64,000 bases of DNA from Zygnema circumcarinatum SAG 698-1b (Eukaryota; Plantae; Zygnematophyceae), in NCBI GenBank assembly GCA_037447605.1, contig CM074818.1, positions 186,001 to 250,000 of the forward strand, given 5' to 3'. The notes under the pieces were generated by a model, which saw nothing but the letters and a program-made list of their open reading frames with translations, searched no databases and was not told where the DNA came from. Shown piece by piece: positions 24,101-37,029 of this stretch; the stretch's first letter is position 1; every line of letters starts with the position of its first letter. A program made the translations under genes and the position numbers.

Positions 24101-27024
24101 ACTGAGAAGGAGGGGAAATTGAAGGCTAAGGAGCAGCAGCTGATGCAGGAGAGGAAGGAACTGCAGGCAAAGAAAGGCGGGGATACAGCCCTTGACAATG
24201 AACAAGCGGCATTCTATGAATCCAGAATCAAAATGCTGGAGGAAAGACTGAATGGAATGGATGGAGAAGAGGAGAAGCTTCAATTCGAACCAGGGCAATT
24301 TGCAGAGCTGGAAGCTCATATTACAAGCATGGAGAGGCAACACAGGGAGGCTTTGGTGAGTCTCATTATCACAGACCGCTGGTGGGAGGTGATGTTGACC
24401 GTATAAATATGGATGTATTTGGAGTATGGCATACATTTAAAAAAACTTCTTAATTAGACAATGTTATGATGATTTTCTTGTGGCCTCCTTGAAAGAAATT
24501 CTCAATCACTTCTGACAATTTAAATGTACTATGTGGGAACAGGAAGTGGCAGCCAAGCGTGGAGAGGAGTTGAAACAGTTAAAGCAAAAGCATCATGAGT
24601 TGGTCGATGCTTTGGAGGCCGAAAAGGCGGCTAGAGATGCAGCTGTCGACTCAATCCTTGCTGAAATCGAACATGAAGACATGATTCAGTAAGCTTTCAC
24701 CTTACCAACAAAGCAATACAGTGGTAGGGTGATAGGGCGATAGGTTGGCAGGGTAGTAAAGAATGCGATGAATCTTAATGCGATGAACAGTCCTTTTCCC
24801 TCAGACCCAATTGTGGGTAAATCCCTCTTATGTCGACGTGATTTTTGCATAGTTTAATTGTGTAAGCTTTTGTGATGTGTGGGATGAAATTTGCAGGAGC
24901 TCCTCGGAAGCAGCCATGGACTGGCATGCCCATGATGCAGAGATGCAATTACTAGGGAGAAAGGCTCGCTCCCTGCTCGGCAGAGATGCAGGGTCTCCCT
25001 CAGGGAGCCCTCTAAAGGCAGAGAAAGGAAGTATGGAGGATATGGGGTTGGTCTCTGTCGGAGAGGAACAAGGGGAAGCCGGAGATCCGTTTTTGGCGCT
25101 TGAAATGTCCAACACGTGAGTTGCATCTTGGGCTTAACGCTTGCGAAGTTTGTTTGTTGGGTTAGGGTCTTTCGGGTTTTAGGGCTTTTTAGTTTAAGTT
25201 TTTAGTGTTTCTAGGGCTTGTAGGGTTTTCGTGCCGGTTTTGGTATGTGTAGAGTGGGGTTGGTTGTCAAACAGAGAGAGGTGTTACAAGGCTGAGGAAA
25301 AGATAGAGGGGAGGGAACAGGGGAAAGGGATGTGGAAGAAGAGAGGGGGAGCCAGAGACTGCTAGCAAAAGGAATGCAGATTTCCTTGTCGTTTTTTATG
25401 TATTGTTTGTTGTATCTTGCTTATTGTCTATTAGTATTTTATGTTGTTCATTTTTTTTTTAGTGAAAAAATATATTATTAGTAGCAAAAGGTATTGAAGG
25501 TATCTCTGGGAATGTATGCGTGAGTTACAGGACGGGAGTGGGAGGGCCCGTGAGGAGGACGCTTGGGATCGGAGCGTGGCTGCCCCATCCGTACCTCACT
25601 TGGTCCGGTCTGACTCGGCGACAGCGTTTCCTAGTTGATAGCACATGGCTGGACCATGTGCGCAAGGTATGCGTCCTCTCTCTCTCTCTCCCTCTCTCTC
25701 TCTCTCTCACACACACACAGACACGCCCCCTCCTTCCTCTCTCTCTCCCAACCCTCGCCTTCTATGTTCTCTGGCACCCCTCGCCTTCCTCTCTCTCCCA
25801 CTCTTCGCTCTCTCCCTTTCATTTTTTATTAGAAGTCGTGAATAGTATAAACATTAATACCACAGCTGTAGCGACCTACTCTGGGTAATGAAGAAGGTGA
25901 TATGTGGTTTGCGAAGCGGCTCAAAACATATCTTGGTTTCCCTTTTTTTTATAAACTGCGTTGAATTTTTTTGGGATGTGGGGCTCTGACTGTGGAGCAG
26001 GAGCATGCGGAGATGAAGCAGGAGGTGGCCATGGCAAGGGAAAGGACCTTAAAACTTGAGCAGGTGGGCCTACTATGTGAATCCATACGAGAGAGAGATT
26101 GGGTGGGGAGAGAGCGGGAATACCATAAAGAGAGAGAGGACGGGAAGTGGGAAGGAATGCCAGACGAGAGAGAAAGAGAGAAACGAGGGAGAGAGAGAGA
26201 ATGCCATACGAGAGTGGTTGGAAGGAAAGTGGGCGAGAGAGTGGGAGGGAAGGGGAGAGAGAGAGGGAGATACGTGGGACAGAGTTAGGGAATGCCAAAC
26301 GAGGAGGGGGGAGGATAGTGGGAGAGAGAGGAGGAATGCCACATGAGAGGGAGGGAGAAAGGTGGGGAGAGAATGCCATGCCATAGGAGAGAGGGAGGAA
26401 GGAGAGGAAGGGGACAGAGAGAGAGGGATGGAGAGAGGTGCAAGGGAATAAGATTTCTTTGAGGGTTCTGAGGTTCTCCGTGCTTTGCTTGTGAATGGGG
26501 GATCGGGAGCAGCTCAAAGACGAGCGAGGCCTCATGGAGGCAGCCGTGGCCCGAGCTGTAGAATACAAACGGCGTTATGAGCTGGAGATTTCCGATCTTC
26601 AAAGGAAGGTGAGCGTTTGCTCGTCACCCGATAAAGCTCCTCTCCCCCCGCCACCCCCCCCCCAATGCCTCCCTCTTACTCTCTCCCTCTCGTTCTCTCC
26701 CCCCACTCCCTCCCTCCCTCTCTCTCGCTCACCCCCATGTTCCCATCTGTCCCTCTCCCTTCCCCCCCCCCGGCCCTGTCCCCCCTCTCGCTCTTCCCCC
26801 ACAATTCCCTTCCCCTCCCCGACTCTCCGTCCCTCTCCCTCTTTTTCTCGTACTCAATTCATGCCTAATGTGTCACGCAGTTGGCCCACTTGGAAGCTTT
26901 CAAAGGAGTGGCGGTGCCTCCTTCCTTTGATGAAGAGGAGGACACGGGAGAGAACCTCCACACCTGGGCGGACGACGTCCCAAGTTCCTCTAAAGGAAAG
27001 AGGACGCCTGCCATGGCAGAGTGA
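15122..27024 (+). CDS. Giant coiled-coil protein of unknown family (~3,345 aa)
   Basis: Exon 1 is 15122-24355 (9,234 nt, 3,078 uninterrupted codons, E/K/L/Q/R/A-rich heptad sequence). Six phase-compatible GT-AG exons follow: 24543-24688, 24897-25115, 25531-25666, 26001-26063, 26513-26608 and 26881-27024 (TGA). An alternative donor at 27021 could instead add a micro-exon 27289-27307 (EMEEAW*). No recognisable globular domain. Confidence 0.88.
26075..26390 (+). repeat. Degenerate intronic minisatellite with core GAATGCCAnACGAGAG
   Basis: About 7 core copies (~26079, 26118, 26155, 26199, 26290, 26334, 26371) separated by GA-rich spacers. Confidence 0.7.
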
Positions 27025-28444
27025 GCTTCAATGCCCAGAGAAATCCCAAGTACTGTCTGTTGACTGAGAACAAGATGGAGGCGGGAGAGGGGAGAGAGAG
27101 TGGGAGAGCGGGAGAGGGAGGGAACGAGGGGAGGGGGAATTGGAGGGGGAGGAGGGGGGTGGGGGGGAAGGGAAGGGGGGAAGGGAGGGGGAGAACACGG
27201 AAATCGCAAACCCCGACAATCTTTTCATGTTTTTTCAAGTTTTTTTTCACTTAAAAGTGCGTGTGGACCACCCCTGGGGGCTTTTCAGGATGGAGGAAGC
27301 GTGGTAGGCAGGAGAGGTGCAGTTTGTAGTTTCCAACGCAGCTGACAACTCGCTGCAGACAGAAGCCGGCAAAGGGCGACCGTGCGCGAGACTGTATATG
27401 GACAGGAAATGCAGAAGTCGCATTTTGATCCTAATGTTTGAAAGCGAGAGAGCGAAGAGAGAGAGATTTTCACGGGATTCAGTGTCGTTGTATTGTACAT
27501 CCATTATTGTCACGGTCATCAGCAGACTCCACCCCCTTCCCTCTGAGGAAGGGGATAGAGAGAGAGAGTCCCTCCCTGGCTTCCTCTAAGGATCCATTAG
27601 GTGAGAGTAGCATCGACTAAGTTCTAGGTCGTGAGGGAGTGAGTGGTGTTGGAGGGGTCTTAAAGGTGAACCATACCTCATGCCATCTTACTTTATTTCA
27701 TGTCTGTGTTTGAATCCAATATCTGAAGTGAAAGCTAGAGAGAGATACACACACACACCACACACACACTCACACACACAGGGAGCGCGAGAGGGATAGA
27801 GAAGAGGGCAGAGAGTGTGCAAGATGTAGACGTCAATTCACTGTACGAAAAGTAGGTAGAGAGCCTTTGTACTTATAAGATGCCAATCTCCTGTTTTTGT
27901 CCCAAATCACATATGAGACACCGTTTTGTAAAACGTGGATGTAGTTTTTTTGAGGTGGGGAGGCTGAGGAAAGAGTTGTATGTTGTATGTATGTTCGTAT
28001 ATATTTCTCATCTTCATTCTTCTCGCTTGTGTAGCAAGGAGGTTTCCTTAGCAAAGGCCTGAAGCCTGTCTGCAATGGACCGCTCTGCACCTCAAAAGGA
28101 CTCTTCCAAAATAAAAAAACAAGTCAGTTAAAACTTAGCTCATAGGCGAAGCGCACCCTTTGACGCTCATGTGCCCGCATGGAAAGCGACGTTTCGACGA
28201 CTCCCACTACCGATGTACAATGCCCATACTACTCTACGCATCATTAGAAAAAATTGTAGAAAAGGTTGTGTTGGTGCGTGTAAAAGAGAGAGAGAGAAGG
28301 GGTGGGGGACGACAGAGGGGGGGATAGGAGAGGTCTAACTTCTTCTTCTTTTGAACGTTACCACCTTTCGAGCTTCCAAAAAATGTTGTACTGTAGTTTC
28401 ACCAGAGGCACCCTTGTCGTACAATGTTCTTAACGGCTATCTAG

Positions 28445-31400
28445 TCACTTTTCGTTGACCTCCGCAGTGATACATTTGGAGCAGCCATGGCTGTGGTAGA
28501 TCCCCAAAAGGCAGGAAGCAAGCTCGTACACTTGGGGACGGTGCGAGACGACAACGTACTGGGCAGAGCTTTGTTCCTGCAGGCATGTCGGTCCACAACA
28601 ACAACAAAAAGAAGAAAAACGATGAACATAATGAACTGTTAGTTCGAACCCCCGAAATTGGGAGAGGCGAGACAACTGCAAGTCTCACTCTTCATGTGTG
28701 TTGTCTGGATTTTGGAGCAGACAAAATTACGTAGCTTTCAGCTCCTAGCTCTTTTTTGTTGTCCTTAGGTCCTGTGCGACCAGTACATCGTGGTTCCCCA
28801 TGATGATTTTGTCCATGTATATTTGATGGCATCGCCATCGTGAGATAAATGACACATCTCCTCCGGTAGATCAATGCCAAATTATTCCCTCGAAGGTTGG
28901 GGGAGCCGCACAGTGCGTGGTGCATACTGCATACCTTCACGTATTGGGCAATTTCGCGCGCGTTAACGGTGTCGAGTGACGCATCGAACTCGTCGAAGAA
29001 GTAGAAGGCAGAGGGGAAGGCAGCCTGCAGCGCGAAGGAGAGCGCTAGAGAAGCCATGGCCTGCTGGCCGCCCGAGAGGGCGCTGAACTGCCTCCACTGC
29101 TGCCTGTCTGGCCGTACTGCAAAACAGTATAATCATTCAACTTTTAGTTTACTATCAAGATTGATAGGAACATCTGGTTCCATCGTTCTGCTTTGCTGCA
29201 TGGAATGCCGGCATGCAGATTAAGGAGTTTGAAGGTCAAGAGTTCACTGTGACTGCTATAAAAGATATCGCAGCATGTATATCACAGCCCATCGCCAAAG
29301 ATTTACCATTCTTAACATTCGACTAGACTTGAGTTGTACCATGGAAGCGTGAGATGAAGTGTTAAGGAGAACAGAAGGCAACACTTAACGAGCTCTTTCT
29401 CTCACCGTGGAAGTAGACGCCATCCGCAAAAAGAAGCGTCTTCTCCTCTGTGTAGCTTATGTATGCATCTCCGTGTTTGGTCAATCGGCGGTATATGTCG
29501 GATAGGTGAGTATTGACCTGCATTTTTTATCGTCCATGTCATCCATTATTAAAGTTGTAACATACTTTATTGAGAAAAAGTAAAATTCCTCTTCCTCCAG
29601 TTTCGATTCTAAGCTTACCTTGGCCATCGAATCGCAGAACTCAGAAAACCTACTCGTCTCCAACTGGTCTTTCTGAAGAGCTGTGCTCTTGATGCTCTCT
29701 TTCATGTCAGAAAGCTTTTGAGTTTCGCAGTTTACTTGCTGGCGGATATTTATGTCGTGCTCCAAGGCCTCGTGATCCACGGACCTGTACTCAATACTTG
29801 AAAAGTTAAGAATCTCAACTCTTTCTTGAAGTTTATTAGAACTGTTCAAATGACCATGTTGGACGGAAAACATAAAACATTGGGACGGGATAGAGTAAAA
29901 GCGAGGAGCAGGTACTGCTTCTGTCAGTTGTGCAGTTTATCCCTCTCCCACCCTAAGTCTCTCTCAGTTTCCCGCTCCGTCACTGCCATTGTGACTCCCA
30001 CTCTCACCCTCACCATCCTTATGCTGACATTCTTCTCTCGTTCTCTATCGTACGCTCTCATTCTCTCTTTCTTGATAACTTTTTTACCTCTCCCTCCGCA
30101 TCCCATTTTTTTTTCTCCCTTTTTTCTGACTCACCTATGTAATTCAGCAAGCGCCACTTCTTGCTGAGCTAACTCCAAACCCTCTCGCTCAAGTTGAGCC
30201 TCGATAGACTCTATATTGTCGGGTCGGACCTCTTGACAGTGTTTTTTTGATGATGAATCATTGTTTAGCTCCAAAAGGAAGTCGGCTACTTTTTGTAACT
30301 TCACCTTTGCTCCCTTCATTTGAGCCTCCAGTTTACCTGTCTCAAGGGCCAGAACTTTCTGGAATCACAGACAGCCAAGTTTGAAAACTTAGGATCCAAC
30401 AGCACTTCAATGTGACAGTGCTTACGCTACTTTTGGCCATTTGTTATATGTAACGATTAGTAATGGTCAATTTTCACATGCTGTACTTTTTCTACTCTCT
30501 ATTGCATACATACATGCAGGGCAGTGCTTGCAAAGCATGGGACCGGAACAACGATATTTTACATACGCAGGCTTCGCTTTGCAAGTAGAACTAACCTTCC
30601 TTGCCGACGTTTTCTCGGACGAAGAGATGAGTTTTTTCCGTTCTGACTGCAACGATGACAACTCACGCCGAGAGTCTTCCAGCTTTTGAGCACTGTAAGC
30701 GAAAAATAACGAGGAGGCAATAAATTTTCTGAAAGCAGGCTAGTCAGAACGAACCCCACAACAATAACGTAGTAGTATTTTTTTTCTCCTTTTTGGAAAA
30801 AACAAAATTAAAAAACAAGCATCTGCCAGTGCCTAGACCGCCATGAAAAATTGTATTTTACCACCTCGAATGCAAAAAAGTGAGTTTGACCTTTGAATAA
30901 AAGTGAGATAAATGCCAGCCCACCTTAAGTCACGAGCCGCGGTCACTTCAGGTATCGTTAAAGTGAGTTCACTCAGTTTTTCATGTATGGCTTCACGTCT
31001 GCCTGAGACAGAGTCTAGTAGCGATTCAATTTTTCTGTCCTCTAAGGTTTCAAGCTCCTTCTGCAGCCAACTTAGCTTGGATCGATTCTCTCCAACCTCC
31101 ATGTTCAGTTGTCGAATCTTCAATTCAAGATCAGAGAGATTTTGGGCATACTCTAACCAGTCTGGATGCCCCACTTGGGGCTGCGTATCTTTCAACTCTG
31201 CTTCTATCTTCGCTTTAACTTTCAACAATTCCTCGAGTTCAGCTTGGGTCTTCTTTGTCTCATTATCTCCACTTGTCCTTATCAGAGTATTTGCCGCCTT
31301 CCTCTTCACCTGCAGCCTAGTCGCTAGCTTGCTTGCCGCTGTTGAATTTCTCCCATTACCCTCCTTTCTCTGAATCTCTCTCTTTAAATCCTCCCCTTTT

Positions 31401-34400
31401 TTTCGCAGTTGAGTAACCGCGGTTTCCTTTGCTTCGATTTCTGCAACAAGATGCTTCATTTCTTCTTCAATTTGTGAAATTCTTTCCATGTGACAAGTTC
31501 GGTCCATATCAGTACCTACATCACTGCTTACATCAGAGGTTTCCCTGCTGCTTTTGGAATCCTGGTTACCTTCCAAAAAATACTTAGCGCTGCTACGGTG
31601 CAAACCTCCTCTTACCACTTCTCCATCCTACAAGACGACAACAGAGAGTTAGATACCTTGAAATTCCTTCAGATGTTCACCAAACGGCAAGAGAGAAACA
31701 GCTGAAACTGCAGTTGTTTCTGACAGAGTAATGAATGCAGCACAAAGAGAAATAGAGACAATATATCTATGCATGGAGCGAGGAAATTGACATTCTTTAG
31801 GCGATACCTGCTTGAACAATTCACCAGCGGGTGTGACAAGGTTGCATATTGCATGCTTCTTTTGGCTTCCATGCACAGAAACAGCCATCTCTCGATTCAA
31901 TACCAGTGTCCATTGTTGGCAGAATTTGGCCAAGGCTGGCTTGAACTTGTCAGAGATGGTGATGCAACTCATTAAGGGCACCATTTGGCTTCCTGCTGAG
32001 ACCGTTGGAGCTGGTGGAACTCGTGTTTCAGCCAGAATCTCACAAGAAACCAACCCTATTCTGTTGACATGAAAATGCCTGATAACGTCATTTGCCGTTT
32101 TCCGATCATCTACCACAAACCTGAACTCAAAAAACATCGGAACGACAAAGATCAAATTTAAAGGTGGGAAGAAGAAAAAATCTTTTGCAAAATCAGTCTT
32201 CTGAATCTCATTCAAATGCCGCAAAAAATATGCATATTTTATTCATATGCCAACCCTCACTGCGAGCGTAAGTAGGTAAGGCATTACTCACGTGGAAGCC
32301 ATATTGGTGGAATTGCTCAATACGGAGTTAACAGCAGTCAGCTGTGGACCAGAAACTGTAGCAACGTCCTTCAATCTCCCGTGAAAACTTCCAGAGTGGC
32401 TTTTTTTGAAATCCCCGCATGCCTTATCATACATTTCGTATCTATCTCGGCTTTTCCTATCCCCACCTTTCAGCAAATCCTTTAATCGCAACACTTCTAC
32501 CTGCAACGTAAAACCAGAAAATCCAAATAAATCCGATTATATATTCTGCAATATCGCTGTCAAGCATTCAAGGGCGAAAGGACCAAGTGATTGTCTCACC
32601 TCAAAATCTGTCAATCTCCTCCTCAAATGCGAATGAATCGATGTCTCAATCACCTCCGACTCACGAAGCACCGTATCAAGTTCTTTCCTTGTTTTTTGAA
32701 TATCCTCATCTTCCTCATTCACAAGAACATGCAGGCGTTCAAGCTCTCCTTGAAGTCTCTCAACCTATTGAATTCCAACTCAATCCCAACCACTGTTCAC
32801 TGTAAATAAGAATGCAAGCACGCAATGACTAGCTAGATTAGTTCTCTCCTAATTTCCGGCATGTCCATTCTAAGTTATCGGAGGCAATCTCATAGTGAAA
32901 GGAGAGGAAATTACCTCTCTTTCAGCCTTTGCAAGTTGATTCAGCTGTTCTTGTCGCCTTTCCTTCACTTGCAACAAAGTTTCCTGCGCCTTCGAAACAA
33001 ATCAGTAACAAAAAATGCCAGAAAGCATAATGTAACAAGATGCAATTTCCGCGCTCATCAACTTAGATTTTTGATCAGGTTGCCTCCAGGGTTGAACTTT
33101 GCTGTTAGATGTCGAGCTTTACCTTGGCTCTTGATATTTTGAGGTCGATTGCAAAATTCCGCTGCTTGATATCCATTAACTTCAAAACCCAGGTGTTGCA
33201 ACTCAACCCATTTTGAATATTCGGATGTCCCGATTTTAGCGCGTCTAGTGTGACCTGATTCTCTTCCCGTTCCGAAATTTTTCTTTTTAGCTTCTCCTGA
33301 AGTTCAACTATCTGCTGTTGCAACCGCTCTCTCCGCATGTTCTGATCCTTTTGCTCTTTCAAAGCAGCTTTCTGGAGTTTCTTTTCCTCCTCCTCAGCTT
33401 CTTTCAATCGGACCTGCTCGTCCGAGGGCTACTATAGTCAGTTTTTTACTTTGACATGAGACATGACCCCTATGTTGGTCAATACAAAACAAAGATGATT
33501 TGAAGTTGATGGATCACACTTGCAGTAGTACGACATGGCGGGCAAAAATTCCTGTCGGGCATTTCCTGAATGGAAGGATTCGACTCCCTACTTGTGCTTT
33601 AATGTGAGAAAGCTGAAGCTGCTCGAGCTTGCCGTTCTGTTGATCCAAACTTTTCGAGTATTCCTCGGTTGTCAGTTTGACGGCCTCAAGCTTGTGTTCT
33701 GTGTTTGCGATCTTCAGCAGTAAAGACTGTTGCAAGTCAAGAAATGGGCTAAACTGCTGCAAATAGATTCACTGTGGGGCCCATAATTGTGCATGTCTCA
33801 AATATTTCAGCAAATGCTTAGTGATTGGATACGTCGAACTTTCGTTCGAGTTTCGATTGCTCCTCCGCCTTGGTATCAAGATCCATTCCTAGAACGGCGA
33901 CTTTTGCCTTTTGAAACTCCGACTGTTTCATGCAGTAAGAGACCTGAAAGCTCCCATTGCTACAATCAGAACACCTTACTCTAAAACACACAAGCAGATC
34001 CGCATCACCGAAAGATATCTGTCTGACCGAACGGCGAAATTTGTCAGAGGCTTGACAAAGGATTACAAAACTGACAACAAGAAGCATTTAATGGATGCAA
34101 CAGCCACATCATTCATTTTTTTCTTGCAGAAGGAAAGTGTTCCAAAGCGAATTCTGGAGATGTTCGCAAAGTCCAGAGACAGGGGAAACACAAACGTTTT
34201 TGCGAAAAAGATGAAAGGGATTACCCGTTTCTCATCAAGACTCTGCTTTTCACTTAAGTACCTGTAGTAGAGCTGGCGAAATTGAGTCAGCTCGTTGGAT
34301 AAACTTGAACAGGTATTACTATAAACGGAAAGTTTAGCAGGTCAAATGTTTTGATAATATTGGGGAAGCGAAAAACAAAGTTAAAGATGTATAGGAGTAC

Positions 34401-36568
34401 CTCTCCCATACAACTACTTTCGGCCGCAGTTCTTCCTTCTGGTGTTCTAGAAGAAGAAGATGGTTTTCTAGACATTCACTTTCTTCCAGAAAGTGCTTTA
34501 GTCGATCGTCTGCATGTCGGATCAGTTCTTCATAATGACCGGTGCCAATCAGCTCCTCAAGGTACTGCAACAGTTTTATTTAGTACATTTGTCATGAGGG
34601 AATTAAGTTGCTCAAGCGAGACATCACTGGCAGGAACATAAAGAAAGAAAATATTCACCAATGGCTGATTTTTGCGACTAAGCGTGAGAGAGAAAAGCAG
34701 AAGCTTGGAAAGCGTTTGAAGTCCTTCTCTACACACAGAGCATGACAGCTGAAATCACTGATAAAAAACGATAGAGGAAGTTGTAAAAGATATATTAAGG
34801 TTACCTTTAAGAGGTTCCTAGGATCCTTTACTTTCACAGCCTGCTGGTTTTGCATTACAATAAACCTGCAATTCCAATGTATGGCAGAAAAGATTTTTTT
34901 TGTGGGATATGTTCTACATCAACAGACGTACAGAAGTCATAAATCTTCAGGCATGCATAAAAGATGCGCTGCTTTACTGGAGTTTGGGAAAGGATTTGAT
35001 TCCAGATTTAGAAGTCTGACCAGTTTCAAACTCAAAACTTGAGGCTTCGCACCTGTCAACTGAAGCAACATGAATTCCAAATCTGTTTAATTCGCCTTTT
35101 ATCGTGGCAATGTTTACAGACCTGCAGTTACGGAACTACTATCAGTTAACTGGTTGCAAAAAGAAAAGCTTGCTCCTGCGAGACATGATACCTAATGAAA
35201 AAGAATACACCTATATCTTACGCCACGCTAATGTAGTGCTTGCAGGAAAAGGAAAACTTCATGATCATGACACCATTGACATAGTATCCTTATCTTCTTC
35301 ACGAAATATTCCTCAGTATATCCCTTACAAATCAATTCTTCTTAAAATTAGTTGAACGAAGAGATAACCTCCTGCATACGTTCAGAACTGGTGGAGCTTC
35401 AGGCTACAAGGTTAAGTTCATTTACAGCCTGTCCCTGCAAAGTGACCTCAGCAGAGTTCACCATCACATCCACCTCCTACCTTTTGCAATCGCTCTGCTT
35501 GAAGAAATACTGACTTCCTTGTTCTGTCAATCTGCGACTTATCTTCAAGTATGTCTGTGTTCCATCAAGATTGTCGACTTGAAATTGGAGTGAGACCTGC
35601 AATGAAGCTTCCTGAAGGAGTCTCAGTTAGACTCTCACAAGAATTCACTTTCAGCATAGTGATTTTTTATCAGAAGGCTGAGCTCTATGAACTAGAGTGC
35701 ATTCAGGCCAAGCCTCCAAATTTCCTGGATGTCTATTTGAATGTCAATAAGAGATTTGTTTATCACATTTTTAATAATGTGATCATGCAACGATATCCTC
35801 ACCTTTGCCTCCCTTTCCGAGGCTGCCATTGCACCCGTCGTCAACTCCTCGTTAATGAGAGCCGCACCACTCCTTGCTCGCATGGTTCGCGTTGATCCCC
35901 CGAGAGCAAAAGCTATTGCCTCGCCAATGACCTGTTTTATTCGAGCAGCTGGTCAAGGACGGGCTATTTTTCATCAATATTTTCCTCGTGACAGCTTTAT
36001 GTATGGATTGAATTGCAGGTTGGACGAAAATATAAGGCCATTATTCATACAAGAAAAGAAGACGAGTTCTGGCAGCAGCATGACAAGAAAAGGATACGCT
36101 TTTCCCTGAGCCATTGCTTCCAATAATACACGTGAAGCTTGTCAAAGGGCCTACAGAAACCTTCTCTCGATAGCTTTTGAAGCCTTTTATGCTAATCTTA
36201 GACAATGTTATCTTGCTCTGCGGGATCAATGTACAGGCATCCATGTTGTCAGCATGCACATCATTTGGATGCTGCATTTCCTGATTACCGCTTATTTGCG
36301 TGTGCAAACCTCTTGGATGTGTTTGGAACTCATCCTGTCTGTGATTGCGGCTCACATTGACTTCGTTCTGGGCCTTCCTGTGCAAGTCAGAAGGTTTAAT
36401 TTCATAACTGCTTTGTGTTTTTCCCTCGACGTACAAAGCTTCCGACTGCTGATGATTATCTAGTTGTCTTCCAATAAGAACAGGATCCTTTGCATGTAAG
36501 GAATGCTCATCTTCACTGCTGTCACTGTCTTGGAGAATCAACCTCCTACGTTTCTTTCTTATCAGCAT
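28445..36568 (-). CDS. Divergent SMC-family ATPase, SMC4-like (roughly 1,300-1,400 aa by manual exon count, ~21 exons)
   Basis: N-terminal head: IKGFKSYREKVSVGPLTSFTCIIGSNGSGKS (Walker A ~36098-36121), Q-loop RFIVMQ, YLEELIGTGHYEELI. Then a coiled coil, a hinge (GSFHGRLKDV...FVVDDRKTANDVIRHF...GELFKQDGEVVRGG) and a second coiled coil. C-terminal head: IYRRLTKHGDAY...DGVYFHVRP...W..LSGGQQAMASLALSFALQ...FYFFDEFDASLD...YVK...QYVVVSHRPQVYELASCLLGIY...SKCIT, colinear with SMC4 as I recall it. Stop at 28445. The start ATG at 36568 is tentative. Confidence 0.88.
28731..28880 (+). repeat. Dispersed repeat fragment in the last intron of the SMC gene, homologous to one arm of the fold-back at 49.5-49.9 kb
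   Basis: Shares cttaggtcct(g/t)tgcgaccagt...cgtggttcc...catgta.atttgatggc.tcgccatcgtgag...tcaatgcca with 49512-49635. Confidence 0.8.
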
Positions 36569-37029
36569 TTTTTTTTTTGTGACACAGATGATGGCCTGTG
36601 ACTCCAAGTTCAGTAATATCGGTATTCAGAATCACACTGCATACAGTAATCCATAAATTCTCTGCTGATATGAAGTTACATCGGTAGCATATGACTGAAA
36701 CTTTTGGCAAAAAACCTTTCTCAACGATCCTGCTCCAGTACCCTGCTGATGACTCTTGCTTTCCTATATTTTTTTGAAATTATTTATACTATGCTTGTCA
36801 TTAGGACCATCTCAAATCACAAGCACAATATGCATATCTTCTTCATATTTTTTTTTTCCTGTCTCCATTTTTCCCCTTTTACAGTATACTCGAAATCCCT
36901 CTCTCCCGCGCCCACACCTTGAACGACCGCAGGTCGCTTGCTGTCCCTTGTTGGCCCAACTTTGCAGAAAATACAAAAAGGAAGGGGCCCTTTTTTTTGC
37001 TTATTAGCGAAACATTTTTGACGAATAGC

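Noticed and set aside
15151-24436. Numerous minus-strand and alternate-frame ORFs (S/F/L/C-rich) over the giant exon
   Set aside because: They are shadow ORFs produced by the GAG/GAA/AAG-rich codon bias of the 3,078-codon sense frame and have no independent protein features.
25531-25640. Alternative frame of exon 4 of the coiled-coil gene (DGSGRAREEDAW...PS*) giving an early stop
   Set aside because: The splice phase from exon 3 (phase 2) selects the other frame, which stays open and is phase-compatible with three further coiled-coil exons.
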